Virus record (IMG/VR): IMGVR_UViG_3300018469_000001
Location: 1-64,000 of that record
Length of the DNA stretch: 64,000 nucleotides
Source: a virus
Reading direction: 5' to 3' (one strand)
Below the pieces are notes generated by a model. That model had not been told where the DNA came from. It was given only the letters and a program-made list of their open reading frames with translations, and did not search any database. The position numbers and the translations under genes are program-made. Below, one piece after another: positions 45,315-55,088 of this stretch; the stretch's first letter is position 1, and every line of letters starts with the position of its first letter.

Positions 45315-45530
45315 TGCCCTGCTGCTCTCCCGTGTCGCTGGCCTCAACGTCGGCGCACCCCCGCAACTGTCAGGCAACGCCGACATGCCGCCGCATGGCG
45401 GTATGTGCGAGACGCGGGATGGTGTGCCCTGCTGAAATGGGCCGCCCGGTGAGCGCTGCCCGCACAGAGTAACCCCGACCGGCCGCCGACACGCTCAAGG
45501 TCGACGGCCTATCCGAAAGGAACTGCCGAG

Positions 45531-47288
45531 ATGACCGAACAGACAACCGAGGCCCGCCGGACCGGGCTGCCGCCCGGCGCCGCGGAGGCCCTGGCCGCCG
45601 CGCTCGGCCCGCGGCTGCGCGCCAACCGGCACCTGCCCGAGCACAAGGACCGCGGTGGGCAGGAGGCCACCGACCAGGCGCTGCTCGACACTGCCGGCGG
45701 CCGCGAGCTGCTCGACGCGCTGTGGGATTCCGGGATGCTCGCTGTGCCGGGTGGGCCGCCACGGCCGCCGCTGTACCGGGAACCGCCCGCCATCGACAAC
45801 CGGGACCAGCGCAGCGAGCTGGTCGCCGACCGGCTGGCCCCGATCCTGCGCGCCGAGGCCCGCCGGGAGCATCCCGACGCGACGTGGGTCGACGAGCACA
45901 GTGCCCGCGACCTCGTCGTCGACGCCGGATTCGACCTTGTCGTCGACGCGCTGTGGCGGGCCGGGCTGCTCACCTTCGAGCACGGCGACGACCGGGCGCA
46001 CCTGCGGGCGAGCTGGGCGGCGATGGGCGGCGCCATCGACGCGCTGGCCAAGGGTAGGACGCTGACCGCCGACATGCTCGCCCGCGTCCCGCAGTCCCAC
46101 GTCACCTATCTGCTGGGCCAGCAGCATCTGCGGAAGATCACCCGTGATGCGTGGTCGCGGCTGGAGGCCGCCAAGACGCTGCTCGGCATGATCCGCGATG
46201 GGGCTGCGGTGGGCGGCGACCTCGCGTACGTGCGCACCAACCTGGCCGTGCTGCACGGCATGCTGGCCGGGGAGGTGTCGTGGAATCTGACCCAGCCCCG
46301 CGACGACATGGCGACCGCCGACGCCGAAGACCAGTCGATGTACGCCGAGGTCCGCTACCGGGCCGCCCGGGCCGCCGTGGACGCCGAAGGGCTGTTCGCC
46401 GCGGTCGGCGAGACGATGATGCAGGCCGGCGCCGCCGTGGACCCGTTCGTCGCCACCCAACACCTGTTCGCGCACCGGGCCGCGGTGTACGCGTGGGCGA
46501 CCGCCGGGCTGCTGCGGTTCGTGCGCGACCACATCGGTGAGGCCGAGGCGGACGTGGCGGCCGAGCTGGTCGACCAGCTCGGCCAGAACGGTGAGGCCGG
46601 CTATGTGGAAGACCTGCCGCGGGACACCGACACCGATGGCGGGTACGCCGACCTGCTGGCCGCCTGGACCGGCGCTCCCGGCCGGCCCAGGCCGCAACGT
46701 GCCGCGGGTGGTGACGCCGGCGCGCTGCTCGCCGCCCTGGACAACGCCGCCCTGGAGATGTGGCGGCGCGGCGACTGGAAGGCCGGCACCGCCGCGCTCA
46801 CCCCTGCCCTGCGGGAGCTGCTCGCCGACGCAGCCGACCGCAAGGTGGCCACCTTCAACGCCAACGCGCGCCGGGCCGGCCACACCGGGATGAACCCCGC
46901 CGACCGGTGGTGGCGCACCGACGGCGCCGGACCGGTGCTGCCGGAACCGTGGGGAGACCTCACCGTCGGCCCGCAGCCCGAAGACCCGGGCGACATGGTG
47001 TACCTGTTCAGCGGCGGACCCCGTACCGGTACGTCGGCCGCCCGACCGATCATGACCAGCCGCTATCTGCACTGCCGGACCAGCGGCGACGCGCCGATGC
47101 TGATCTGGGCGCCTGCCGACTCGTGGCCTGGCGAGCCCCGGTACGTGCCCGAAGGGTTCGACGACCGGGGGCGGCTGGTGATGCAGTGGCGGCTGGCCAC
47201 CGATCAGGAGGTCGCCGCGGTCGGCCAGCGGCAACGCGACCGCGACGCCCAGGGCGGCGAGCGCGGACAGTCAGGTGACGAGCGGTGA
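45531..47288 (+). CDS. large hypothetical protein (585 aa)
   Basis: RBS gaaagga. Helical, GC3-rich. No family recognised. The antisense 579-aa ORF was rejected. Confidence 0.65.
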   Translation: MTEQTTEARRTGLPPGAAEALAAALGPRLRANRHLPEHKDRGGQEATDQALLDTAGGRELLDALWDSGMLAVPGGPPRPPLYREPPAIDNRDQRSELVADRLAPILRAEARREHPDATWVDEHSARDLVVDAGFDLVVDALWRAGLLTFEHGDDRAHLRASWAAMGGAIDALAKGRTLTADMLARVPQSHVTYLLGQQHLRKITRDAWSRLEAAKTLLGMIRDGAAVGGDLAYVRTNLAVLHGMLAGEVSWNLTQPRDDMATADAEDQSMYAEVRYRAARAAVDAEGLFAAVGETMMQAGAAVDPFVATQHLFAHRAAVYAWATAGLLRFVRDHIGEAEADVAAELVDQLGQNGEAGYVEDLPRDTDTDGGYADLLAAWTGAPGRPRPQRAAGGDAGALLAALDNAALEMWRRGDWKAGTAALTPALRELLADAADRKVATFNANARRAGHTGMNPADRWWRTDGAGPVLPEPWGDLTVGPQPEDPGDMVYLFSGGPRTGTSAARPIMTSRYLHCRTSGDAPMLIWAPADSWPGEPRYVPEGFDDRGRLVMQWRLATDQEVAAVGQRQRDRDAQGGERGQSGDER

Positions 47289-47722
47289 CCGCCGCTGTCC
47301 GGCCGGCGGCCGACACCCGGCAGATGCTGCACGCGTACGAGCACCCCGCCCCAGTGCTCGTCGCGTGGATCATCAACGACATGGGCGGCGGTGCGGGAGA
47401 CGGCCGAACCATCACCCGCAGAGCCATCTTCCAGCGGTACCGGGACAGACTGCCGAACCGTACCCCCCGCCAGGTGGACAAGCGGCTCTGCGACGCCCTG
47501 CGCCTGCTGGAGAAGGCCGGCATTGTCCGCCGCGACGGCAGGGCCGCGGTGACCGTGACCGACCCGGCCCTGCTGGCCATGGCCGCCGGGAACCTGCGCC
47601 TGATGAACGCCCCCGACGGCACCCTGCTCCGCTGGGACCAGTGGACGGGCGTACCTGCGGTGCCCGAAGAGCTGCGCGCCGCCCAGGCCGTCCGGCAGGC
47701 GGAGGCACGCCGTGACCGGTAG
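47285..47722 (+). CDS. winged-helix-like protein, paralog 1
   Basis: GTGA overlap with the upstream stop. LCDALRLLEKAGIVRRD. About 40 percent identical by eye to the next gene. Confidence 0.6.
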   Translation: MTAAVRPAADTRQMLHAYEHPAPVLVAWIINDMGGGAGDGRTITRRAIFQRYRDRLPNRTPRQVDKRLCDALRLLEKAGIVRRDGRAAVTVTDPALLAMAAGNLRLMNAPDGTLLRWDQWTGVPAVPEELRAAQAVRQAEARRDR

Positions 47723-48143
47723 TCCGCTGGACCCGGGCGACGCCCGCCGGATGCTGGCCGCGTACGAGAGCCCGGAGGCGGTGTTGGTCGCCGCTATCGT
47801 CATAGGCGCCACCGGCGGTGGCCGCGCCGGTGGCGCCACCGACCGCAGGCTCGTCGAGGACCGGTGGGCGGCGCGAATGTCGACCGGCCGGCAGATCACC
47901 CGCGACAAGGTCCGCAACGCCCTGCGGATCATGGAAGTGGCGGGGATGCTCCGCCGCGACGCGCACCGGGTGATCGTGGCCGACCCGGCCCGGCTGGCCA
48001 TGGCCGCCGCAAACATGCGGATCATGTACGACCCGGGCAGCGGCGCCCCGATCCCTCGCAACATGTGGTCCGGCATACCCGACGTGCCCGACGAGCTGAT
48101 CGCCGCCCAGCTTGACCGCATCAACGGGGCCCGCTGTGGCTGA
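47712..48143 (+). CDS. winged-helix-like protein, paralog 2
   Basis: VRNALRIMEVAGMLRRD. Shares ML.AYE.P..VLVA, DPA.LAMAA.N.R.M and VP.EL.AAQ with paralog 1. Confidence 0.6.
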   Translation: MTGSPLDPGDARRMLAAYESPEAVLVAAIVIGATGGGRAGGATDRRLVEDRWAARMSTGRQITRDKVRNALRIMEVAGMLRRDAHRVIVADPARLAMAAANMRIMYDPGSGAPIPRNMWSGIPDVPDELIAAQLDRINGARCG

Positions 48144-48372
48144 AACCCAGTACGTCGAAGTGCGCATCCTGGGCAAAAACGTCGACACGGCGCTGGCCGC
48201 CCTGGCCGCCCTACGCGCAGGCGCCGACGGCCATCGGGTGCACATCAGCCCCGGGCAGCGCGGCCCCTACCCGTTCCGCGACGGCCGGGTCGCCTTCTAC
48301 GCCGCCGTGCACGTCGACCTGGCGGCCCCGGCCGGGCCGCCGACCCTACCCACCGATGGAGGACCCGCATGA
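48136..48372 (+). CDS. hypothetical small protein
   Basis: GTG 48136 within track ORF 48112..48372. Start uncertain. Confidence 0.4.
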   Translation: MAETQYVEVRILGKNVDTALAALAALRAGADGHRVHISPGQRGPYPFRDGRVAFYAAVHVDLAAPAGPPTLPTDGGPA

Positions 48373-49568
48373 GCACCGACACCGACGGCACCCCGCTGCC
48401 GATCATCGACGGGCCGAGCACGGCCGGCGGGGCGCCGCTGGCCGTGCTCGGCCGGTACACCGTCGCCGACCTGGCCGGCACACACCCCGACCTGGCCCGG
48501 CTCGCCGCCTACCCCGGCGGGCCGGTGCTGGCCGTCACCTGCCGCCGCCCGCACCTGCCCGCCGAACTGGCCGACGACCCGGACGTCAACGTTGTCGCCC
48601 GCGACGGCAACATGCACCTGCTCGCCGCCCGCCCGGACGGCGGCCCGACCGACAACCTCGCCGACCTGGTCACCCTCGCCGTCGAGCACGAGGTCGACGA
48701 GCACGGCGACCCCGCCGCCTGCTCCTGCCCGAACGCACGCTGGGCCGGCACCGAACCACAGGAGATCCACACCGACCCGGGCTGCCCGGTGCACGGCGAA
48801 CCAGCCACCGCCCTGGCCGCCCTGGCCGCCCAGGCAGCCGAAGACGCCCAGCAGCGCTGCCAGCCCGCGTACGGCGACGTCGACATCCTGCCGGCGCTGC
48901 GCGACGCCACCCACACCGCCGTCAACTACACCCTGGCAGCCATGGGCAGGGTCGGCGCCGCCGAACGGGCCAAGCTTGAAGAGAGGCTCGCCGAGCTGGC
49001 CGCCCTACCCGACGTGTGGGACACGAAAGTCGACGGCACCGACCGGGCCGACGTGCTCGCCCGGGTGTCCGCCATCACCGCCGGGTTCTATGACCGGCCC
49101 GGCCGGGCCGCCCAGGTCGCCCGCTACCACGCCGTAGGGGTCGCCCAGGCCGCCGCCGGCGAGCTGGCCGCCGCCCTCGGCATGCCCGGCCATCCGTCCT
49201 ACGACCACGACTACGGCGCTGCGGTGTTCGCCGCCGCGACCGCCCGGCTGACCGGCCGCCCGGCCGCCGTCGACTGGCGCGGCTACCCGCGCGCGCTGGA
49301 CCCCGGCGCGCAGGTCGACGGGATCGGCGACCTGTGCCTGTTCCTGGGCGGCTCATGGGAGACGCTGGCCGGCCAGTCGTCGTTCACCGGCGAAGTGCTG
49401 AAACTGATCGTCAAAGCGCAGGCCACCCCGGAGAACTTCCTCGGGCTGGCGCTCGCGTTCCCCCGGGTGGTGACCGCCTGGCGCACCTGGATGGACATGC
49501 GGCCCATCCCCACCGCCGCCGAGCTGGCCGCCGAGCTGACCCGCCGCGCGGAACGACCACGATCATGA
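48369..49568 (+). CDS. hypothetical protein (399 aa)
   Basis: ATGA overlap with the upstream stop, RBS ggagga. Contains CSCP..C.VHG. No family recognised. Confidence 0.6.
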   Translation: MSTDTDGTPLPIIDGPSTAGGAPLAVLGRYTVADLAGTHPDLARLAAYPGGPVLAVTCRRPHLPAELADDPDVNVVARDGNMHLLAARPDGGPTDNLADLVTLAVEHEVDEHGDPAACSCPNARWAGTEPQEIHTDPGCPVHGEPATALAALAAQAAEDAQQRCQPAYGDVDILPALRDATHTAVNYTLAAMGRVGAAERAKLEERLAELAALPDVWDTKVDGTDRADVLARVSAITAGFYDRPGRAAQVARYHAVGVAQAAAGELAAALGMPGHPSYDHDYGAAVFAAATARLTGRPAAVDWRGYPRALDPGAQVDGIGDLCLFLGGSWETLAGQSSFTGEVLKLIVKAQATPENFLGLALAFPRVVTAWRTWMDMRPIPTAAELAAELTRRAERPRS

Positions 49569-49954
49569 CCGGTGGCGAGTGGGCCGAGATCGGCTACCAC
49601 CTGATCGGCTGGACGTACGCGTGGTGGCTGTTCCTGTCCCCCGGCTGGCTCGGCCGGTACATCCCGGGCCGGGCCGGCGAGGTGATCCGTACGGTGTGGA
49701 TCGAATGCAAGCCGTTCGCGTTGCCGGCCGTCGGCGCCTGGTACGGGTGCCGGCTGTACGCCGACTGGGCGGCCGGCCACACCGGGTTCAACGGGCGCGC
49801 GACGTGGGTGCTGATGATCGGTCTCGGGACATGGTGGCTGAACCGCAACGACGGCAACGACGACGACCGGTGGCGCCGACGCCGACGCAAAGCCGCCGCC
49901 CGGATCCGCGCCCTGGCCGGCCGACTGGTCGTCTCCCCCGGCGGTGCGTCGTGA
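49565..49954 (+). CDS. membrane protein
   Basis: ATGA overlap with the upstream stop. Trp-rich TM segments followed by an RRRRRK tail. Confidence 0.55.
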   Translation: MTGGEWAEIGYHLIGWTYAWWLFLSPGWLGRYIPGRAGEVIRTVWIECKPFALPAVGAWYGCRLYADWAAGHTGFNGRATWVLMIGLGTWWLNRNDGNDDDRWRRRRRKAAARIRALAGRLVVSPGGAS

Positions 49955-50106
49955 ACACCGCGGTCGCGCTGGGCATCGTCGGCCTCATCGCCGCGGCGAC
50001 CGCGGCGATCATCGTGCTGCCCGTACTCATCTCCGCCTTCTACCCCGACTGCGGCCACCGGGTGTGCCGGTGGCTGCGCGGCGAGCCGGAAGGCGGCCGG
50101 CGGTGA
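49951..50106 (+). CDS. small membrane protein (51 aa)
   Basis: GTGA overlap with the upstream stop. AVALGIVGLIAAATAAIIVLPVLISAF. Confidence 0.4.
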   Translation: MNTAVALGIVGLIAAATAAIIVLPVLISAFYPDCGHRVCRWLRGEPEGGRR

Positions 50107-50729
50107 CCAGATGGGCGCGGGCACGCCGGTGGCTGCGGCTGGGACCGACCCGCGCCGAGCTACGCGACGAAACAACGCTGTGGAAGGCCCGCGCCGCGCA
50201 CGCGGAGCAGGAGGAGAAAGAGGCGCACGCCCTGCGCAAGCAGCGCGGCCGCGACGCTCAGGAACGCATCGAGCAGGCCGACCGGCGGCGCCGGGAAGCC
50301 GAGCAGCACGCCAAGCAGCAAGTCGAGCAGGCGTACGCGCTGGTGTACCAGATCCGCCGCGAGGTGCACGGCCAACTCAACGAACCGGACCGGGTCGACG
50401 GCTGCTCCAAGGTCCGGTTTCACCGCGAGCCCGAAGCCGCCGAATGGGGCCGGCACATCGCCAGCCGGTGCGGGGAAAACCCCGACGTCTACTACGCGTA
50501 CGAATGCCGGACGTGTCCGCGCAGCCCGCTGACCATGGGCAAGTACTGGCACGCCGCCCACGACGGCACAGCAGCGGCCGAGGCCGAAAGAGCCGCCTCG
50601 ATGCAGCGGCGGGAAGACCAGCGCCGCGCGGCCAGCCGTGCCGGACGGCTGCTCAAGCAGCGCGTCGACCCGAGAATCCTCGCCCAACTCCGCAAGATCA
50701 ACAACAATAGTTCGGGAGAACCGACATGA
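50103..50729 (+). CDS. hypothetical coiled-coil / Cys-containing protein
   Basis: GTGA overlap with the upstream stop. Contains YECRTCP. Confidence 0.5.
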   Translation: MTRWARARRWLRLGPTRAELRDETTLWKARAAHAEQEEKEAHALRKQRGRDAQERIEQADRRRREAEQHAKQQVEQAYALVYQIRREVHGQLNEPDRVDGCSKVRFHREPEAAEWGRHIASRCGENPDVYYAYECRTCPRSPLTMGKYWHAAHDGTAAAEAERAASMQRREDQRRAASRAGRLLKQRVDPRILAQLRKINNNSSGEPT

Positions 50730-51058
50730 CGCTGCTCGGCGGCATCCCCGACCAAGCCCTGCCGCTATGCCCCAACGTGACCACCGGCGGCGGAGTCAAC
50801 CCGCTCCACGCAACCGCCAACGGCATCCTCGACGCGTTCTACGCCGCCGCGGACCTCAACGCCGACAGCGAGTTCACCTCACCATCGGTGGCCAGAGCGT
50901 ACGAGGCGGCCGCCGGCCAGGCCGATGAACGGATGCCGCTCTACCGGGAGCAGGTCGCCGTCCCCGACGGCAACTACATGATCGTCACCGCCTACTACTT
51001 CCGCTGCAAGGTGTGCGGCTTCACCCTGCCCGCCACCGCGACTACGGCGCCGCGGTGA
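50726..51058 (+). CDS. hypothetical protein
   Basis: ATGA overlap with the upstream stop. C-terminal CKVCG. Confidence 0.5.
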   Translation: MTLLGGIPDQALPLCPNVTTGGGVNPLHATANGILDAFYAAADLNADSEFTSPSVARAYEAAAGQADERMPLYREQVAVPDGNYMIVTAYYFRCKVCGFTLPATATTAPR

Positions 51059-52065
51059 CCGGCGCCGAAGGCCCCGACAACGGCTGGTCGTTCACCGCCC
51101 ACGCCTACGGCTGCGGCTACTCGCCGAAGCTCACCGCCGGCCGGCTCGTCCAGAAACACGACCCGGCGTGGCAGCTACCCGAGAACGGCAACAGCCGCTG
51201 CGCGGTGTCGCTCCAACGGTTCGTGACCGCCCGCGCCGCCCACCCGCTGCTGCACAAAACCCCCGGGTACGGGCTCGGCTACCACCACAGCATCGAACCG
51301 CGCGGCGAGATCGCCGGATACCCCGACGTGCACGCGTGGGCGCCCCGCCCGGGCGCGATGCTGTTCCGGGAGCTCAAAGGGATGGGCGTCGACCCCCGCC
51401 CCGAACAGGCCGCCACCCTCACCGACCTGGCCGCGGCCGGCGCCAACGTCGGCGTGTGGTGGCCGTGCTGCTGGTACGCCGGCCGCGTTGACCGGGAGCT
51501 GGCCGCGCTCGCCGCCGCCACAACCCTGATCGGTGGACAATGGGCGGCCGGGCTGCCCCCTCAGCCGGGGCAGCCCGGCTACACCCCGTGGACACCCGAC
51601 CAGCCCACCCCGGTGCGCACCTCACGCCGCGCCGTCGCCGACCGGCTCGCCCCGGCCACCCCCGCACCGGACCGGCCGGCCACCGAAATGCCCGGCGCCG
51701 ACCTGCCGCCCGCGTTCACCGCCTACGTGCTCGCCGGCTACACCGTGCCCATGCCCGCCTCCGCCGCCGCCTCGGCCGCCTCGATCACCCTCGACGAATG
51801 GCTCCGCGATCGCGGATTCCCACCCTCCGCCGTGCCCTACCCGGTGCGGATCATCACCACCGTCACCTCCGGCGTGGCCGTCCAGTGCCGCGTCGGAGGG
51901 CCCGCAGCCCCCCGCGTGTGGCGCTCGGCGCCGCAAGGCCGCGACCAACCCCGCGACCTACCCGCCGACCTGACCATCGCGCTCGGCGCCGCGGTGATCT
52001 ACGGCGACGACGCCGTCGCCATGCTCGACGACACCGACCCGACCCGTGACACACCCGCAGCCTGA
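51055..52065 (+). CDS. VRR-NUC-domain nuclease with Pro-rich C-terminal extension
   Basis: GYPDVHAW..GAMLFRELKG....PEQAATLTDLAAAGANVGVWW fits VRR-NUC (PD..E.K..Q). GTGA overlap with the upstream stop. Confidence 0.65.
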   Translation: MTGAEGPDNGWSFTAHAYGCGYSPKLTAGRLVQKHDPAWQLPENGNSRCAVSLQRFVTARAAHPLLHKTPGYGLGYHHSIEPRGEIAGYPDVHAWAPRPGAMLFRELKGMGVDPRPEQAATLTDLAAAGANVGVWWPCCWYAGRVDRELAALAAATTLIGGQWAAGLPPQPGQPGYTPWTPDQPTPVRTSRRAVADRLAPATPAPDRPATEMPGADLPPAFTAYVLAGYTVPMPASAAASAASITLDEWLRDRGFPPSAVPYPVRIITTVTSGVAVQCRVGGPAAPRVWRSAPQGRDQPRDLPADLTIALGAAVIYGDDAVAMLDDTDPTRDTPAA

Positions 52066-52088
52066 CCCCCGAAGGAGACCGACGACCC

Positions 52089-53183
52089 ATGCACACCGCC
52101 AACCTCGCCGGCGACCCACTCGCCACCTTCGTCGACCAGGTCCGCTCCGTGCTCCACATACGCACCACCAGCCCCGTCCGCGAACCCGACGCCATCGAAA
52201 CCTGGAGCGAGGGCAACGGCTACATGTGGACCTGGACGGCCGGCTACGACAGGTTCCGCGGGCAGTGGACCATCCACGCCGGCGCACCCCTGGATCCGGC
52301 CCCGGTGCTGACCTGCCCCGCCGGGGTGTGGCGGTTCCGCCGCCCCGACCGGGCCACCGGCGACAAGCTGCTCATGCTGCTACGCCTCGCCGGCGGCATC
52401 CCCGCCCAACCCAACCCGGCCAACCCGGCCGACTGGGACCGGCGCCCGACGGGCCGCACGCTGCAACCAGGCGAGTCGCCGCTACGCGACGCTGTCCTCG
52501 TCCGCGACGGCACACGGATTCCGAACCTGCCGGACGGCTACGTGCCGGTGTTCCTGGTCGGCGAGCCCGACGGCGACTGGATACAGGAAGTTGTCATGCC
52601 CGACGGCGGCCGCAGCTACTTCAACCCGTACCAGGGCGGGATCCTCACCTGGACCGACCACAACACCGTGCATGGCGTCCGGGTATACCCCAACCAGCCC
52701 GTCGGCCACATCCCGGCGTCGCCGCCGCCCAACGGCCCTGACGCCGTCCCCCTGGTCGACGACCCGGCGGTCGCCGCCGCCCAGCGGGCCGAGGCCGCCG
52801 CCGGGGCGGTATCCGCCGCGCAACGGGCGATCGCCGACGGGCCGCATCCGCAGTGGGTCGACGGCCCGCAGGCGTGGAGCCTGCGGATGCGGCCCGTCCC
52901 CGCCGTCCAGACCGACGAGTTTCACGCCACCCCACCGGCCGACCCCGACCGGGCAGTCGGCACCGCCCAGGTCACCGGCACATCGCTCACCCCGGAAGAC
53001 CTCCCCGGCCTACGCCCAGCGACCGACCGCGAGATGGCCGGCCCCTGGCCCGAAGGCGCGGTCGTGGAAGACCAGCAGCACGGCGGGCCGGTCGGCCACG
53101 TCACCGAGCACGCCGACGACACCACCCCGCCGCCGCCTGCCCATCACCCGGGCGGCGCCACATCCAGCGGCGACACCTGGTAG
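52089..53183 (+). CDS. hypothetical protein (364 aa)
   Basis: Strong RBS gaaggag. Confidence 0.6.
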   Translation: MHTANLAGDPLATFVDQVRSVLHIRTTSPVREPDAIETWSEGNGYMWTWTAGYDRFRGQWTIHAGAPLDPAPVLTCPAGVWRFRRPDRATGDKLLMLLRLAGGIPAQPNPANPADWDRRPTGRTLQPGESPLRDAVLVRDGTRIPNLPDGYVPVFLVGEPDGDWIQEVVMPDGGRSYFNPYQGGILTWTDHNTVHGVRVYPNQPVGHIPASPPPNGPDAVPLVDDPAVAAAQRAEAAAGAVSAAQRAIADGPHPQWVDGPQAWSLRMRPVPAVQTDEFHATPPADPDRAVGTAQVTGTSLTPEDLPGLRPATDREMAGPWPEGAVVEDQQHGGPVGHVTEHADDTTPPPPAHHPGGATSSGDTW

Positions 53184-53271
53184 CCCGCCACCAACCCCGG
53201 AAATGTCGTACCCCGCCGATAGCGTGCGGGACGGTAGAGGGATAGAACGCCTCGTCGGGCGTCGTCACATC

Positions 53272-53298
53272 GGTCCGCACCCTGCCGGGGGTGCGGAC
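53272..53298. terminator. hairpin (11-bp perfect stem) in 255-bp lower-GC gap
   Basis: ggtccgcaccc tgccg gggtgcggacc. No obvious U-tract. Confidence 0.45.
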
Positions 53299-53438
53299 CG
53301 AACCACATCCGGCCCAACATGCGAACCATAAGGACCGGCGAACCGCCAGCCGGCCGGTCGTACACTCGTCGCAACATCATCGGAAGTGCGGCGCGCGGAA
53401 GCCGCTCCCCGACTGGTCCACGTTTCGGGAGCGTCAGG

Positions 53439-53756
53439 GTGAGCATCGACGCCGCGGTCGCCGCAGACGCGCCCCCAGGTCTCACCGACCTGGCCCAGTA
53501 CGGCGCCATAGGCGTGCTGTGCGCCCTGTTTGTGTGGTTCGCTTTCAAGGCGTGGCAGCGTGAAACCACGCGGGCCGACCGGCTGGAAGCCGAAGTCACC
53601 CGCCTCAACACCACCATCCAGGACCAGGCCATTCCCGCTCTACTCGCTGCCGCCGACGCCATCAAGGAATGCACCGAGCTGCTACGAGATCAGAGGCACG
53701 ACCGCTGGCGCGACACACACCCGGCGGCCGGCCGTAGGGACGGAGACCAGCGTTGA
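53439..53756 (+). CDS. holin-like single-TM protein with coiled-coil tail
   Basis: GTG 53439 with RBS gggag. LAQYGAIGVLCALFVWFAFKAW followed by a charged helix. Confidence 0.5.
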   Translation: MSIDAAVAADAPPGLTDLAQYGAIGVLCALFVWFAFKAWQRETTRADRLEAEVTRLNTTIQDQAIPALLAAADAIKECTELLRDQRHDRWRDTHPAAGRRDGDQR

Positions 53757-53947
53757 TGGTTGGCGAGCAGGAACGGCGACCCGCGGCCAACGGAGCGACC
53801 CGGCTGGAACGGACCGCGGCGCTGCTCAGCGAGGCGATCGACCTGCTCCGGGCGGAGATGAGAGAAAGCCGCGGCGACACCGACAAGGATGGAGATCATG
53901 ACAGCATCACGGGGGAACGAACCGGTGGACCACCCGACGACCTCTGA
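53756..53947 (+). CDS. hypothetical small protein
   Basis: ATG 53756 directly after the upstream stop. Overlaps the next call. Low confidence. Confidence 0.35.
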   Translation: MVGEQERRPAANGATRLERTAALLSEAIDLLRAEMRESRGDTDKDGDHDSITGERTGGPPDDL

Positions 53948-54362
53948 GCCGCTGGTCCGGGCGTTGGACAACGTCGGCACCGCTGTGCGGGCGCTGGCCG
54001 ACGAGTCGCGTGAGGAACGCAAGGCGCGCGACGCCGAGACCCGCGAGGAACGCAGGAGGCAGGCCCGCCGCGACCGGCGCAACATGGTGCTGCTCGCCGT
54101 GATCGGCGTGCTGGTGGTCGGGCTGGGCGTGCTGGTGTTCCAGAGCCGGGCGATCAACGAAAGCAACAGCGAGATCCTGCGGACTGTCCGCGACTGCACC
54201 ACCGAGGACGCCCCCGGCGACTGCTACGAACGCAGCCAGGCCCGTACCGGCGCGCTGGTCTCCGAGCTGATCGCCGCGCAGTTCGACATCGCCTGGTGTG
54301 TGAAGATCAGCGATACGCGGCAGGCCGCGCAAGATTGCGTGACCCAGGCCCGCCGCAAGTAG
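53898..54362 (+). CDS. membrane-anchored protein
   Basis: ATG 53898 with RBS ggatggag. Charged N-terminus, TM segment MVLLAVIGVLVVGLGVLVF, and a Cys-containing ectodomain. Confidence 0.5.
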   Translation: MTASRGNEPVDHPTTSEPLVRALDNVGTAVRALADESREERKARDAETREERRRQARRDRRNMVLLAVIGVLVVGLGVLVFQSRAINESNSEILRTVRDCTTEDAPGDCYERSQARTGALVSELIAAQFDIAWCVKISDTRQAAQDCVTQARRK

Positions 54363-54409
54363 CACCCCTGGCCACCGCGGCCCGGGCCCGAGAAACGGGG
54401 GGAAAGATC

Positions 54410-54814
54410 ATGTCAACTGCGACAGTGCTGGTCGGCGAGGTAATCAACCGGGCCGGCGACATCATCCTCGCCGACCCGGTCGACGGGCTCGGCGCGCCGG
54501 CCGGAATCCCGGACCTGGTCATGTTCGCCGCCCTGGTGGGCACGTTCATGCCGCCGCTGGTGGCGATCATCCAGCAGCCCCGCTGGTCGCCGATCACCCG
54601 GGCGATCGTCGTCATCGTGTCCTGCGTGCTGGTCGGCGCAGGCACCGCAGCCCTCGAGGGGCAGTTGACCGGGCAGCGGTGGACCACCGCCGCCCTGATC
54701 GTCGGCACCGCCGCGGTCACCGCCTACCGGATGTTCTGGCAGCGGGCCGCCACCCGTATCGAGTACGCCACCAGCAGCGAGCCGACACCGCCCAGGCCGG
54801 CCGGCGTCCGGTGA
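54410..54814 (+). CDS. holin-like multi-TM membrane protein
   Basis: ATG 54410 with RBS ggggggaaag. Three or four hydrophobic segments. Confidence 0.5.
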   Translation: MSTATVLVGEVINRAGDIILADPVDGLGAPAGIPDLVMFAALVGTFMPPLVAIIQQPRWSPITRAIVVIVSCVLVGAGTAALEGQLTGQRWTTAALIVGTAAVTAYRMFWQRAATRIEYATSSEPTPPRPAGVR

Positions 54815-55088
54815 CCGCCGGCGTCCGGGCCCGGCCCCGTGTCGACGCGTGGGAGTCGGGCCCGGCCAACCGGCCAGGCAATTCCGGACAGGCGTACGGC
54901 TCCAACCTGACCTGACGTTTGTCGATCACCGATTAGGCTGGGCGGCAGGGACACGGGTGCGCGCGGCAAACCACCAGTGGACACCATGGCGAAAACCCGC
55001 GGGGATGGCAGGCCCCGCGACCCCGCGCACCCTCACAGTCTCTAGGCGCCCGCTCGGGGCACCGCCTTGGACGATCGGGGGTCACCTC

